DNA of 59,241 nucleotides, filler included, from Bipalium vagum (taxonomy: Eukaryota), in assembly GCA_037834085.1 (NCBI GenBank). It is 3 parts of 3 records of this genome, joined end to end, with 100 filler letters (N's around TTAATTAATTAA, not from the genome) between each part and the next. Parts side by side here need not be neighbours in the genome. Positions count along the whole stretch, not along the records: positions 1 to 17,323 come from JBBMKC010071266.1; positions 17,424 to 42,936 come from JBBMKC010193180.1; 1 more part is not named here. One strand, written 5' to 3'. Position numbers and translations under genes: made by a program. Each line of letters starts with the position of its first letter. Position 1 is the stretch's first letter. Of this stretch, positions 12,501 through 22,466 are shown piece after piece. Under the pieces are notes generated by a model. It was not told where the DNA came from. It was given only the letters and a program-made list of their open reading frames with translations, and ran no database searches.

Positions 12501-15500
12501 TTAACCGGTAGTTCTAAAAAAAACTAAAATTAATTTAAAATTTAAATAAAACCATCAATATGAAATCTATATTAATTCATTTAAACAGTTCTAATTTTAA
12601 GGATATATAATTATATAAAATTAATTAAAGGTGAACAGACTTAAATAACGTTCGGTATACATTTCAACACTGTATGTTCTTTGTTTAAGTTCTTGAGAAT
12701 TTTTGGCATTACAATTCTTACTTTAAACACTTTGTTTAAATACTACCAAAAATATTCAATTGACCTTAGCTATTTCAGTACCTTTTTTGTGTAGTGAGAT
12801 ATTTTTCCTAGATCACATTAAGTTTTTAAAATAAGAAATTCTGGATAATAATAATAATAATAATAATAATATATATAATAATAATAATATATAATTATAA
12901 TAATAATAATATGTAATAATAATAATATATAATAATAATAATATATAATAATAATAATATATAATAATAATATATAATAATAATATATAAATATAATGTT
13001 TAAATGTAGAGCAATCAAATGATGTTTTAAATTTTCCATGTAGAATATGATAAAACAGGTATTCATTAATTTAAGGAATTAGATAAATAATCTTTTATAT
13101 TATTTCTTTATATTAATCTTTAGAAATTAAGTATATTTTAAAGAATTATAAAAATGATCGTCAAGGTAATTAATTTTTCATTAATTTTTTATGATTATAA
13201 TAAAATAAATTATTAAAAATATAAAAATTATTATACTTAAAATAATAATTTTTCATTATTTTTTATTAAATTAATTAAAATTATAAATTTGCTTATTATA
13301 TTAAGTAAATTTTAAAAATTGCAAATTTTTCATTTTTCTGGGGTGTTCGTTGCATATATAATTTTAAATTTGTTAAATGAAAAAACTGTGTTTTTGTATT
13401 TTATATTGGTTTATGCAGAAATACAGGGTCTTTCAAAAGAAGCTTTTCTACTTTAAGTCACTATTTCTCCGCACATAAAAATTAAAAAGCCAAGTAATTT
13501 TATTAATACCTTTATTTAAATACAGATATTACAAAAATTTATATTTTAAATATGATTTCATTAAAATGACCACCTCTGGCCTTACAAGTTTGGGCTATTT
13601 TATGGAATTTTGCATAACTTTTTGACATAAGTAAATTGAGAGCATAGCGATTTGTTCCGAAATTTTGTCTTTGAGTTGTGTAATAGTTTTTGGTTAATTA
13701 ATATAAAATTTATCTTTTAGATATCCCCATAAGAACTAGTCTGGAGCCATCAAATCGGGAGATCTGGGAGGCCAATCAACATCACCGAAACGTGAGATCA
13801 CACCAGATGGAAAAGTTTCGTGTAATAATGCAATTGTTTTCCTATTTGTATGGGATGTGGCACCATCTTGCTGAAAGTAAATATTCTCCACATTAAAATC
13901 ATTCAGATAAGGCTTAAGGAATGTTTCTATCATGTGTCGATATTTCTCTCCCGTTACTGTAACCTGCAGCCTTTTCGAAAGAGTATGGATTAATTACACA
14001 TCTTGCCCATATTCCACGCCATACAGTAACTTTCGACTAAAGCAACCCTATGTTTCTTCATTCAAAACATAGGGTTGCTTTGTTGCCCAAATTCGACAGT
14101 TTTGTTTATTAAAACACCTTCACTCAAATGAAAATGACTTTCATCAGTCATAATGATTTTTTTCCAAAAATGAGGATCCGCAATTGATCTTTCTAACAGC
14201 CAATTACAATAATTCAGGCGACTTTGATGGTTTGATTCTTTAAGCTTCTGAACTACGGTAAGCTTATAGGCTTTTATATACAAATCTTCAAACATTATCT
14301 GCGACAAACGAGGTTATGAGAGGTTTAATTCCTGTGCTCTATGACTGATTGAGATGCATTTATTGTCTTCAAATGCTTCCTCGTGTACGTGCAATATTTT
14401 CAGGTTTCCGCGCAGATTTTGATCTATCTGCTACCGAGCCAAATGCTTGAAAAGCATTAACCAGACTGTAAATTGTTGGTTTTGATTGACATTTGTTTAT
14501 CCAAAATTTTGCATTTTATTTTTTAATGGTTACTGAAATTGAACTACCGCTTTGATAAAATATTTTGACAATTTTTGTCCGTTATTGCATATTATAACGA
14601 CCCATATTTAATTTTCAAATGTTTAGTTTGAATAATGTTAAATATTAATTTATTTAAACCAAAACTACTTAGTATTTAATATGTTAAAAGTAGTAACGCT
14701 TCCTTTGGAAGAACGTGTATATAGAAAAATATATAAAATTCCATTCCAAATTATATATAATCCCATAAAATTTATTGACTAACATAATAATCAAAGTAAA
14801 AATTATGTATTATTTTAAAATTACACATTTCATTAATTTTGAATCCAATTTTAATTATGAATAATGTTTAATATGTTTTGTAACATTAAATTCTACATTT
14901 TAATGGTAAAGTCAATAATACATTTGATTTCTAAAAGTTATGGTTTTCTAAAATAAATTAAAAATAAGCTATACCCTAATTATTTGAAAATGCATTTAAA
15001 TATAATAAAACTTTAGAACCTTTAAAAGAAAAAGAGAATTATATAAAAATTTTAAGTAATTTCAATGCATAACCATAATTCCGAAAGATTGTGACGTTAT
15101 GTTTATAAGATGAAATTAAATGGAAATGGAAAATTAACTTTTAATATATTACAAACAGGAAATGCTTTATATTTTTCGGAAGCTTGAATTTTTTCAGTTT
15201 ACTATGAGCTTTAAAGAAACCAGAATTATGACTTTTATTTAGAAATTTACAGATGTATGAAATTTATATATTATTATTTATTTAATAGTTCCTTTAACAT
15301 TTAATGTCGCACCAAAAATTTTACTTGTTTCATAACTTTTATCCGTTTATAAATATTACTATTAATAATAATGTTATATAACGTTTAGGATCAAGCAATG
15401 ATTTCTAATATACTCATGATCATGTTTATCTGTTTTTGGCATTCTTCAATATCAACTCTTTATTTGAACTCAATGCAGACTCCAAATATTACTACTCAAC

Positions 15501-16954
15501 AGATATGGAAAATTGAAATAGTTCTTATTCCATCATTCTTGACGTTTTACAGCATTGGAATTTTGGTTTTTGTCTTGGTTATTTATTTCGATGTAAGCTC
15601 GTTTATTAATATCACTTCAAAAATAATATCCTAAAATTTTATTTTTATAAAATGTACTTTTAATTTACATCGTTTCACTTCTTTTTTGACATTGTAAAGT
15701 TCAAAAAATACATTCTTTTGGACAGTCATTTCTTTTCATGAATATTATGCATGAATATTATTTTATTATTATTTTTATTTTAGTGTATAACTAAATTCTG
15801 AAATTGTTTTATTGATATTCGACTGAAAAATTTTACTAAAAATTCTTTTTCACATTTTGTTTCATTTTTATTTAATGAAATTGAACAATCTTCATCAATG
15901 CTTTTTAAAAGTAAATTTTCCTGTTCTCATGTTAATTTTTTCATTACAGCTGTCTCTTCTTTTTTTCAAAAGTTCTTTCTTTCAGATACTTCTTGATTAT
16001 TTGAAGTACCCTGGTCTTCTTGATATTAATTATCTTTGAAATCTTTGATATGGTTAGAGTCAATAATTTTTTTTTCTTTATTCATTACTTGTTTCTCTAT
16101 TCTTTGAAGCCACTGGGTTAGCTAATTACCTTAATTTTTAAATAACTGAAGTATTTTTAAAGTATAAATAAACAAATTACCTACTTTAAATAAATTTCAA
16201 ATAAATCTTTACAATGTGAAAATAGAGATTATTTACATCGGTTTTTAATCAGTTGAAAATTAAAATAATTTAACAATTTTAGAAATATTTTAAAAATCAG
16301 TAAATATAAGTATTTTATTATGAATTGCAATATGCGGAATCTCAAAAAGCGTAATTGGTGCACTGCGGAATCAAACAGCTCAGATTCGAAGATGAGGGAC
16401 TTATGTGATAAAATCAATTGATAATAAAGAAATCACTTTTATACGCAATAAAAAAAATTCTTTTCTTGATATTATTATAACGTGAGATGAGAAATGGATA
16501 TTGCTTGAAAATCAATTACAATCTTTTCAGTGATTGTGTCGTGTTAAATGTTCTCAAAAATTTCCGAAATAATTATCACAACCGTAAAAGATTATGGTGA
16601 CCGTTTAGTGGTCTATCACCAGTCTCGTTCATCAAAATTTAATAAATTAGGGTGAGACCATTACTGTCAACAGATAAATTTAAAAATAGATGTAGTTTCG
16701 AAGATTTTTAGTTCATTGAAAAGATCTTAAATCAGTAAATAAATCTCAAAATTAGCTAAGAATAAAATTGTTCTGATATTAAACGTGTTGTGTTACCAAA
16801 ATCATTTTAGAAAAGTTACAATTATCTATTTTTAAACACTTTAATATATTTATTAGAATACTTTTAGGCTGGTAGTCGAAGAAGAAAGATGCAATCTAAA
16901 GATTTAAACTTTCAAAGTAGACTAAATGGACATTTCAATGGTACTGTAAGTTAA
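495..16954 (+). CDS. Cys-less pentameric ligand-gated ion channel subunit (Neur_chan_LBD + 4 TM), spliced gene, about 346 aa; 5' end uncertain
   Basis: GT-AG exons 2459-2590, 5129-5320, 10306-10440, 10548-10823, 15389-15592 and 16868-16954 join in frame (all phase 0; 341 aa + stop). Motifs: IDT..E..F.AEIFLQAKWREP, WNPKLNVEN (loop A), LELMQFPFDCQDL (Pro-loop), QEW, pre-M1 RR, M2 RLQLSMYTLLTSVTFK, LPKVPYLTYLD. Candidate first exon at 493-509 or 493-514. Confidence 0.9.
850..2411 (+). mobile_element. Decayed Tc1/mariner fragments (probably two elements)
   Basis: Eroded PD..PTEHMW motif at about 1575-1620, a second WxPNxxDL-like motif at about 2087, and TIR-like aaacatcctgTA at about 2400-2411. 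Confidence 0.45.
2459..2590 (+). CDS. pLGIC exon (beta1-beta2)
   Basis: ttcag|...|gtactt; TRVSLRCVFLKIYNIDTVNEQYFAEIFLQAKWREPLLDNEANIK. Confidence 0.9.
2801..3030 (-). mobile_element. mariner 3' fragment
   Basis: TIR-like tgggttgttacacatgaaatcaccg; minus strand reads LVTRWQCCV (mariner C-terminus). Confidence 0.55.
3271..4248 (+). mobile_element. Decayed mariner transposase
   Basis: N-terminal YCVRFCF..KTSRETHQMLTKAY HTH, LHDN and C-terminal DYFED; many frameshifts and stops. Confidence 0.75.
5129..5320 (+). CDS. pLGIC exon (loop A to Pro-loop)
   Basis: ttcag|...|gtatat; SKDLLKFWNPKLNVENLF...KRRMKAIFHETLELMQFPFDCQ. Confidence 0.92.
5866..8010 (+). mobile_element. Decayed mariner element interrupted by a Tc1 insertion
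   Basis: TA-CACGGTGTGTC TIR at 5866; transposase remnant from ATG 7346 (MDQRANIKF, CAKFVTH, IITGDE); 3' truncated. Confidence 0.7.
5912..7203 (-). mobile_element. Tc1 (DD34E-type) element, non-functional
   Basis: Imperfect TIRs CAGTCCCCATCAAAAGTCTGACCCCACCTT / AAGGTGGGCTCAGACTTTTGACGGG; ORF pieces with GRPKVTT, VIFSDE, VMVW and PIENCW. Confidence 0.9.
8795..10178 (-). mobile_element. Tc1 DD34E element with IR/DR-type ends, non-functional
   Basis: ORF 9074-9535 with DESKFNL and FQQDNNPKH-34aa-E (WPSQSPDLNPIEHLW); terminus TA-CACTAGCGCTCAAAAGTTAGTTGACAC at 10178; inner repeat copies at 9969-9989 and 8795-8815. Confidence 0.9.
10306..10440 (+). CDS. pLGIC exon (loops B/F)
   Basis: ttag|...|gtaaac; DLSITVSTELSSEEVIL...MDSQEWIMYNHVE. 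Confidence 0.9.
10548..10823 (+). CDS. pLGIC exon (loop C, M1, M2, M2-M3 loop)
   Basis: Lies within ORF 10539-10925; taag|...|gtacga; ITFTCRASRRFGYFIVNYF...RLQLSMYTLLTSVTFKVAVTNTLPKVPYLTYL. Confidence 0.92.
10930..12520 (-). mobile_element. Heavily decayed Tc1-like remnant hosting a pogo insertion
   Basis: Minus strand reads EWAKLHIWH..W.Y (Tc1 pre-catalytic segment) at about 11610-11660; transposase-like sequence on both sides of the insert. Confidence 0.4.
11792..12236 (-). mobile_element. Non-autonomous pogo-family deletion derivative (445 bp)
   Basis: 28-bp TIR CCGTAGATACTCGAATATAAGTCGAGGT (only the terminal base mismatched), TA on both sides; internal GISNKMDGTEDDILW acidic transposase tail. 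Confidence 0.9.
12846..12997. repeat. Degenerate (AAT)n microsatellite with AT interruptions
   Basis: Read directly from the sequence. Confidence 0.9.
13424..14717 (-). mobile_element. DD41D (rosa-type) Tc1/mariner element, non-functional
   Basis: Imperfect TA-flanked TIRs; IMTDESHFHL; FQQDGA...WPPRSPDLMAPD with 41 residues between the Asp residues. Confidence 0.88.
15389..15592 (+). CDS. pLGIC exon (M3, short loop, M4)
   Basis: tttag|...|gtaagc; DQAMISNILMIMFICFWH...IEIVLIPSFLTFYSIGILVFVLVIYFD; two hydrophobic helices. Confidence 0.9.
16868..16954 (+). CDS. pLGIC terminal exon
   Basis: ttttag|AGSRRRKMQSKDLNFQSRLNGHFNGTVS*; AATAAA at about 17075. Confidence 0.75.
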   Translation, partial: AGSRRRKMQSKDLNFQSRLNGHFNGTVS

Positions 16955-17251
16955 AGCTTTTAAACAAAATTTCACAATCCACTGATTATTGTTTTCTTTA
17001 AATTATCACAAATGTTTAATCTTATTCTCAATTTTTTCTTGAAAATATATATAGTTTATTTATTTATTTATTCAAATAAAATGAAAATCCGGATAATGAA
17101 TAGATATTTTTATTAAAACCTCAGTCAATATTGTTTGACCTATTTCATAAAGAACCTCTTACCTATGTCGAATTTTTATCATGATTTCTTTCTCCTTTTT
17201 GATCTACGTCTTTTAATTTATTTTATTTTTTATTTTCGTTCATTGTAAATA

Positions 17252-17323
17252 CAGTCAAACCCGTTTAATATCACGTCGTTTAATAACACACTTCGCATTA
17301 TATCATTTTATATTTTAGTACCA
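17252..17323. mobile_element. Tigger/pogo-like terminus running into the gap
   Basis: TA-CAGTCAAACCCGTTTAATATCAC with subterminal repeat gtttaataacac. Confidence 0.5.
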
Positions 17324-17423
17324 NNNNNNNNNNNNNNNNNNNNNNNNNNNNNNNNNNNNNNNNNNNNTTAATTAATTAANNNNNNNNNNNNNNNNNNNNN
17401 NNNNNNNNNNNNNNNNNNNNNNN
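17324..17423. other. Artificial scaffold gap: N44-TTAATTAATTAA-N44
   Basis: Exactly 100 nt with a six-frame stop linker; identical copy at 42937. Confidence 0.97.
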
Positions 17424-18529
17424 AAAAGTATTAAACCAATTTCGTTATCTCAGTTTATTTAATTAATCGAACACAACCTTAAGCAACCTTCAACCGTTGA
17501 GACCTAAGCTAAATCTAAGCTCCACTTTTAACATCACTTTATCCACCTAACTTAGGATCTTAACATATACAATACTTATTTTTAAATATTAGAAATCAGT
17601 AACGAATCATACTTGGTCAAGAAATGGCATATTAAGTTTCAGTGTTAATTTTGTATAAAAAAGTATATTTTTGAAATTTTTGACTGATTTTATATGTTTT
17701 CTGTAGCATGGGTTGAAGAAAGCAAGCTTAAGGTTTCTGTAATTTAGTAGATACGCATCAACATTCTGACCATGCTTTAATGAATAAAATAGTAGTCAAT
17801 CCACATGACGATGCTGATGGTACCTCCATGATGATACTAATTCCCATTGAGCAATGAAAAAAATTTGGTAGCAGAAATTATGTAAAAAACATTAATAAAA
17901 ACATTGTAACTTGAAGACAAATCTCAGAAAGTCTGTTGATGGATTCTCGATTATCAAATAACAATTATCGCAAGTGTAATATCATATGTTAATCTTTAGG
18001 TGGATCTAAAAATAACCAAGATTGTACAAAAATGTTTTACACTAACCTGACTTTTTTATTATAAAACATGACAAAATTTATGTATTTCTGTAATTCTTAT
18101 TGCAAACCAGGAAGATTTTTTAATAAAAACAATTTATAGTATGGTTGATAAATTAGATTTATTAAATATAAAGTTAATTTATATAAAGTTTAATGTTAAA
18201 AAAATTATAAAATTTAAATATGTAAATAAGTTGATTTATCAATATTTATGGTAATTATATTGATTCTAGATATTTAAATGATTTTAATATTGGTTATTTA
18301 ATAATTAAAAGTGAAATTGATTAATTAATATTGAAAATTAAGATAAAATCTTTCAGTTATTTTCCAATGACATGATATAATTTGATATAATAATAATTTC
18401 AAATTTAATTATATTTTATATATATTAATAAAATCATAAAATTTTAAAGACTGAATTAAATTTAACGTTGTTTGTTTATTTATATAATTATAAATATTCA
18501 CATTATAATATATATTGTAAACATATAAT

Positions 18530-18711
18530 ATGACAAGTGGCAATGCTACTTCTGATGAAACAAGGATAATTTATCACATAGATGAAGAAGAAACACCTTA
18601 CTTAATCAAATTATTTATATCACCAGATAAAGTCACTTTAGGGGATTTTAAAAATGCTCTCAACAGACCTCATTATAAATTTTTCTTTAAATCAATGGAT
18701 GATGATTTCGG
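18530..18711 (+). CDS. dvl-2: dvl exon 1 (DIX)
   Basis: [25 protein letters not shown]...SMDDDFG; donor gtaagg, phase 2. Confidence 0.95.
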
Positions 18712-21700
18712 GTAAGGTTTTAGTCGTTATAAATTTCTGTGTAAAAGTTCTTCGTAAATTTTACGTAATTTTAATTTTAATGGTTAAAAGATTATGTATT
18801 GATTCATTTTTCAATAAAGCGTTGTTAAAGAAGAAATAACGGACGATGATACTCGATTGCCATGTTTCAAGGGGCGAGTCATATCATGGGTATTGATTTC
18901 TCATTGATTTCTTCATTTGATTAAGAAAATTGAATAAAAGTAGTCATAACATTTACTCATATATTCAGTTGGTAACGGCCGAGGGTAGTACGGTGTCAGA
19001 TAATGCTGAATCCAATGGGATGTTGGACAAAACCGAGTCCCGCATGATTTCCTTTCAGTGAGTTCAATTTTTTTTAAAAGATAATTTATTGATTGATCTT
19101 AAAACTGTTTTATCTCTAACAATCAAAATAATAAAAGTCGACAATAAATAATTTTGCCACAGAAATTGATTTCATCTAACAATAATCGATTTTGTTCTTT
19201 TCTGTTGTCAAAGATTTCTTTCGAACAGTATAACATTTCAATCAAAATCATTGATTTTCAATTAGCAAAACTTTCAAAAAATAATTTTGAGCTTTTATCT
19301 GTAGCGATTATTTTCCAAAGTAAACCTCGCCAAAGTAAAATAAGATTTTTTTCTGTCAAAGTACTAATATTGATTTTTCTTTGAAGAATATTTTTTTCAA
19401 ATTGAACTGGGTTTTGTGATAATTTTAAATCGTTTCCTAAATGAATTTAATTTCGGAACTGTTCAGATCAAATTAAGTCTAAACTTTAAAAGAGTAAGAT
19501 CTACAATAAATGATTTTTTTACTGTGTCCCTTGTCATTAGACATGTTGAAATGATAGAATCAAAATCTTTCGTAATAAAAATCAATTTCTTAAAACTTTT
19601 ACTGACTAAAGTCGTTTGTCCTTGATTTCAAAATATCGATTTTTAGAAGAGCCATATTTTCAGTTTTAGAACGAAATTATCGTCTTTTCTTTTTGATTAA
19701 CTGTCCAAAAATAGGACTTGCGAATTCTCAAAGGTTTCAAATTAACTTTGAAGTTCAAAACAAATCTGTATTTACAAGTAAAAATTAGGACCTCATTTAT
19801 CGATTTAAATCGTTTCTTTGAAACTTTTAAGACACTTTTAAAAAACAGTTGCACTTAGAATTATGCAAAACGGAGTTGAATAAAATAAAATTAATTTTTT
19901 CAAAAATTATTGATTTTTTTCTTTAATTTAAAACTTTCAATATTTGTAAAGTTTATCATTAATATCAAGATTTGACGTAATACGATTGAATTTGCATTAA
20001 AGTTTTTATAAAATATTGTTTAACATAATTTTTAAAATATCGATTTTTATTGGAAGCTTTTTTTCTAAGGTTTTAGATCAAAATTTGAGCCTTTTTAGAC
20101 TTGATTGTTAGTTAAAACTAAGAGCAAATCGGTTTCGATTCAGAAATTTCCCACACGTTTATAATGATCATTTCGAGGATTTGAATATATTTGATCTTTC
20201 TGTACCAAAGTGATAATGTTTCTGAATTAAGCTCATTGGTCAATAATTCCAAGGCATTATTTTGAATTTTTTTCATTTGAATAAAATCGATTTTTGTGAT
20301 CTTGGTTTTAATTTAAAGATTCTTTTCATAAATACAGCACATCAATATGCATACGCCCAGACTCTTCTTGAAAACCATCGATTTTTCTAGGAAAGAATGT
20401 CAATCATTCAAACTTATACAAGATATTTTTTATATTTACAAAATCGATTTAAAAAAAATAGAAGATTTAAAAAATGATTTTGTTCTTTTTAATGTTTTTA
20501 TATTTTTAGAGTTTAACATTGACATAATAATCTTATAAGAAAAGTCGATTTTAAATGTTTACTGAAAAATCGATTTTTTATCCGAGTGATCTGCTTTAGT
20601 CTTCAACACAAACAATGTCTTTTATTCGTATTAATAAATTATCTAAATCAAATAAACAGATTTGTAAAAGTTTAGGTTTCGGTGCTTAAATTCAGAGTGA
20701 TTTTATTTACGGTAATTGGAAAATGAGGTTTTGTGAAAACTATAGATTATCAATGTTTTTAAATCCTATCTGTCAGAGACATTTAAGATATCTCATAAAC
20801 GAAATTTAATATTGATTTATATAGAATTATCAAACAAATAATAATGACAGTAAGTCGATTTCCTTTAAAATTTAACGATTTATTTTGATTTTCAGAAAAT
20901 AATTATTTAAAATAGAATCACTTTATTTTTCTAAACGATTGACTTTTTATTCGTATTGATTAATTTTTTAAAAGAGCATGCATATTTATTATATAGCAGA
21001 CAGTGGTTAAGGATAATTGATTTTCCAGTGAAGAATAATGTTTTATCATGAACTCCTTTTTCTGATGGATTAAAACTATTTTTATGTATTAAAAAATTTC
21101 AGTACGAAATTAATCAAAAATCAATTTAATTAAAATTAAAGAATTTCATCAGTAATTAATTTTCTGTTTTCACCTTTTAGTGCAAACATTTTAAGTGTAA
21201 GAAATAACATTTCTCCTCGGACTTATTATTTTGTGAAATATTTAAGTCATTATCTTTGAGGAATTTCAATAACAAATTTTGTTAAATCGAATCGCTGATC
21301 ACCAAGTAAATGAGATTCTTCAAAAGGTATTTTTAAAATTATTAGTGTCTGAACTTTTCCAATCACAGTCTCATTAAAAATCGATTGTCAATTTTTTTTC
21401 TTAAAATTCATCAATTACTCAATATCAATTATAAATAACAATATTTATCAATATTGTCTCTTACCTAAGTGGGCCTTTTATGTGTTTCTTAAGACATGTA
21501 TACTTTTAGATTATTGCTTAATATTTTTATTGATTACTTTGGTTATTATTGTTATCAATTCTTTTCCATTTCACGAATTTGAATATATTAAAGTTGCACA
21601 GTTTTCAAAAATTTCGATTAAAATAATAATAAAACCCGATTTAAAATATTTATAAATTTCGGTTGAGATAAATCAAAAGTAATTGAAAATTTTTTGACTA

Positions 21701-22418
21701 TTGATCGTCTATGTCAATATCTGAAAAAAAATGACTATCAAGATAAACGTTTATCGATTTTTATTAGAAAAAGTTTTATAGGGAAAAAAAATTTGAGATC
21801 CAGTGATTGAAAATGTGAATCGATTAAATTGATTAAAATCAAAAACAGTGCATTATAACATTAACTATTCGTCCTGGAACTTTTTGGAATGCAAAATGTT
21901 GCATTTGTTGATTTTGACAAAAGTTTATCTAATATGTCTCGCATTGTTACATCTGGCACCTTTACTCATTGGTAAAAGTTGATTTTTGATTTAGAGATTC
22001 ACACTTTTCGAATTTAAACAACAAAGTCAGCGGAGGAACAACGACGGGAGAAAGTGATACGATTTGTGATACTTGCACCGATACCGACTCGGTGTACAGT
22101 GCTGCTCAAGGTACTGATATTGGAAAACAAGGAACAAATAAGTTAAATAAACTGTTTTTTTATAGATAGGATTGGACCACTCAGGAGTTTCCATGACTAC
22201 AAACAAGGTGAACAAAATTATTGACTTTTTCTATAATTTGAAAAATATAATAACCATAATGCTAAATAATTAAAACTTTACATTTTATGAAAGTAATAAA
22301 TTATCGGTTTTCCGTCCGACATCGATAATATTTATGAAAATTATTAATTTAATTTTAAAATCATTATTTTATATTTCTTTTAGAGGAAAAGCTTTGATTT
22401 TGTATAATCAAATAAATA

Positions 22419-22466
<48 letters not shown>

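Noticed and set aside
12818-13066. Poly-Tyr/Ile ORF (similar ones at 42789 and 58494)
   Set aside because: Translation of an (AAT)n microsatellite; the 42789 ORF also runs through Ns.
17368-17379. TTAATTAATTAA palindrome repeated at 42981
   Set aside because: Synthetic six-frame stop linker centred in a fixed 100-nt gap; not biological.
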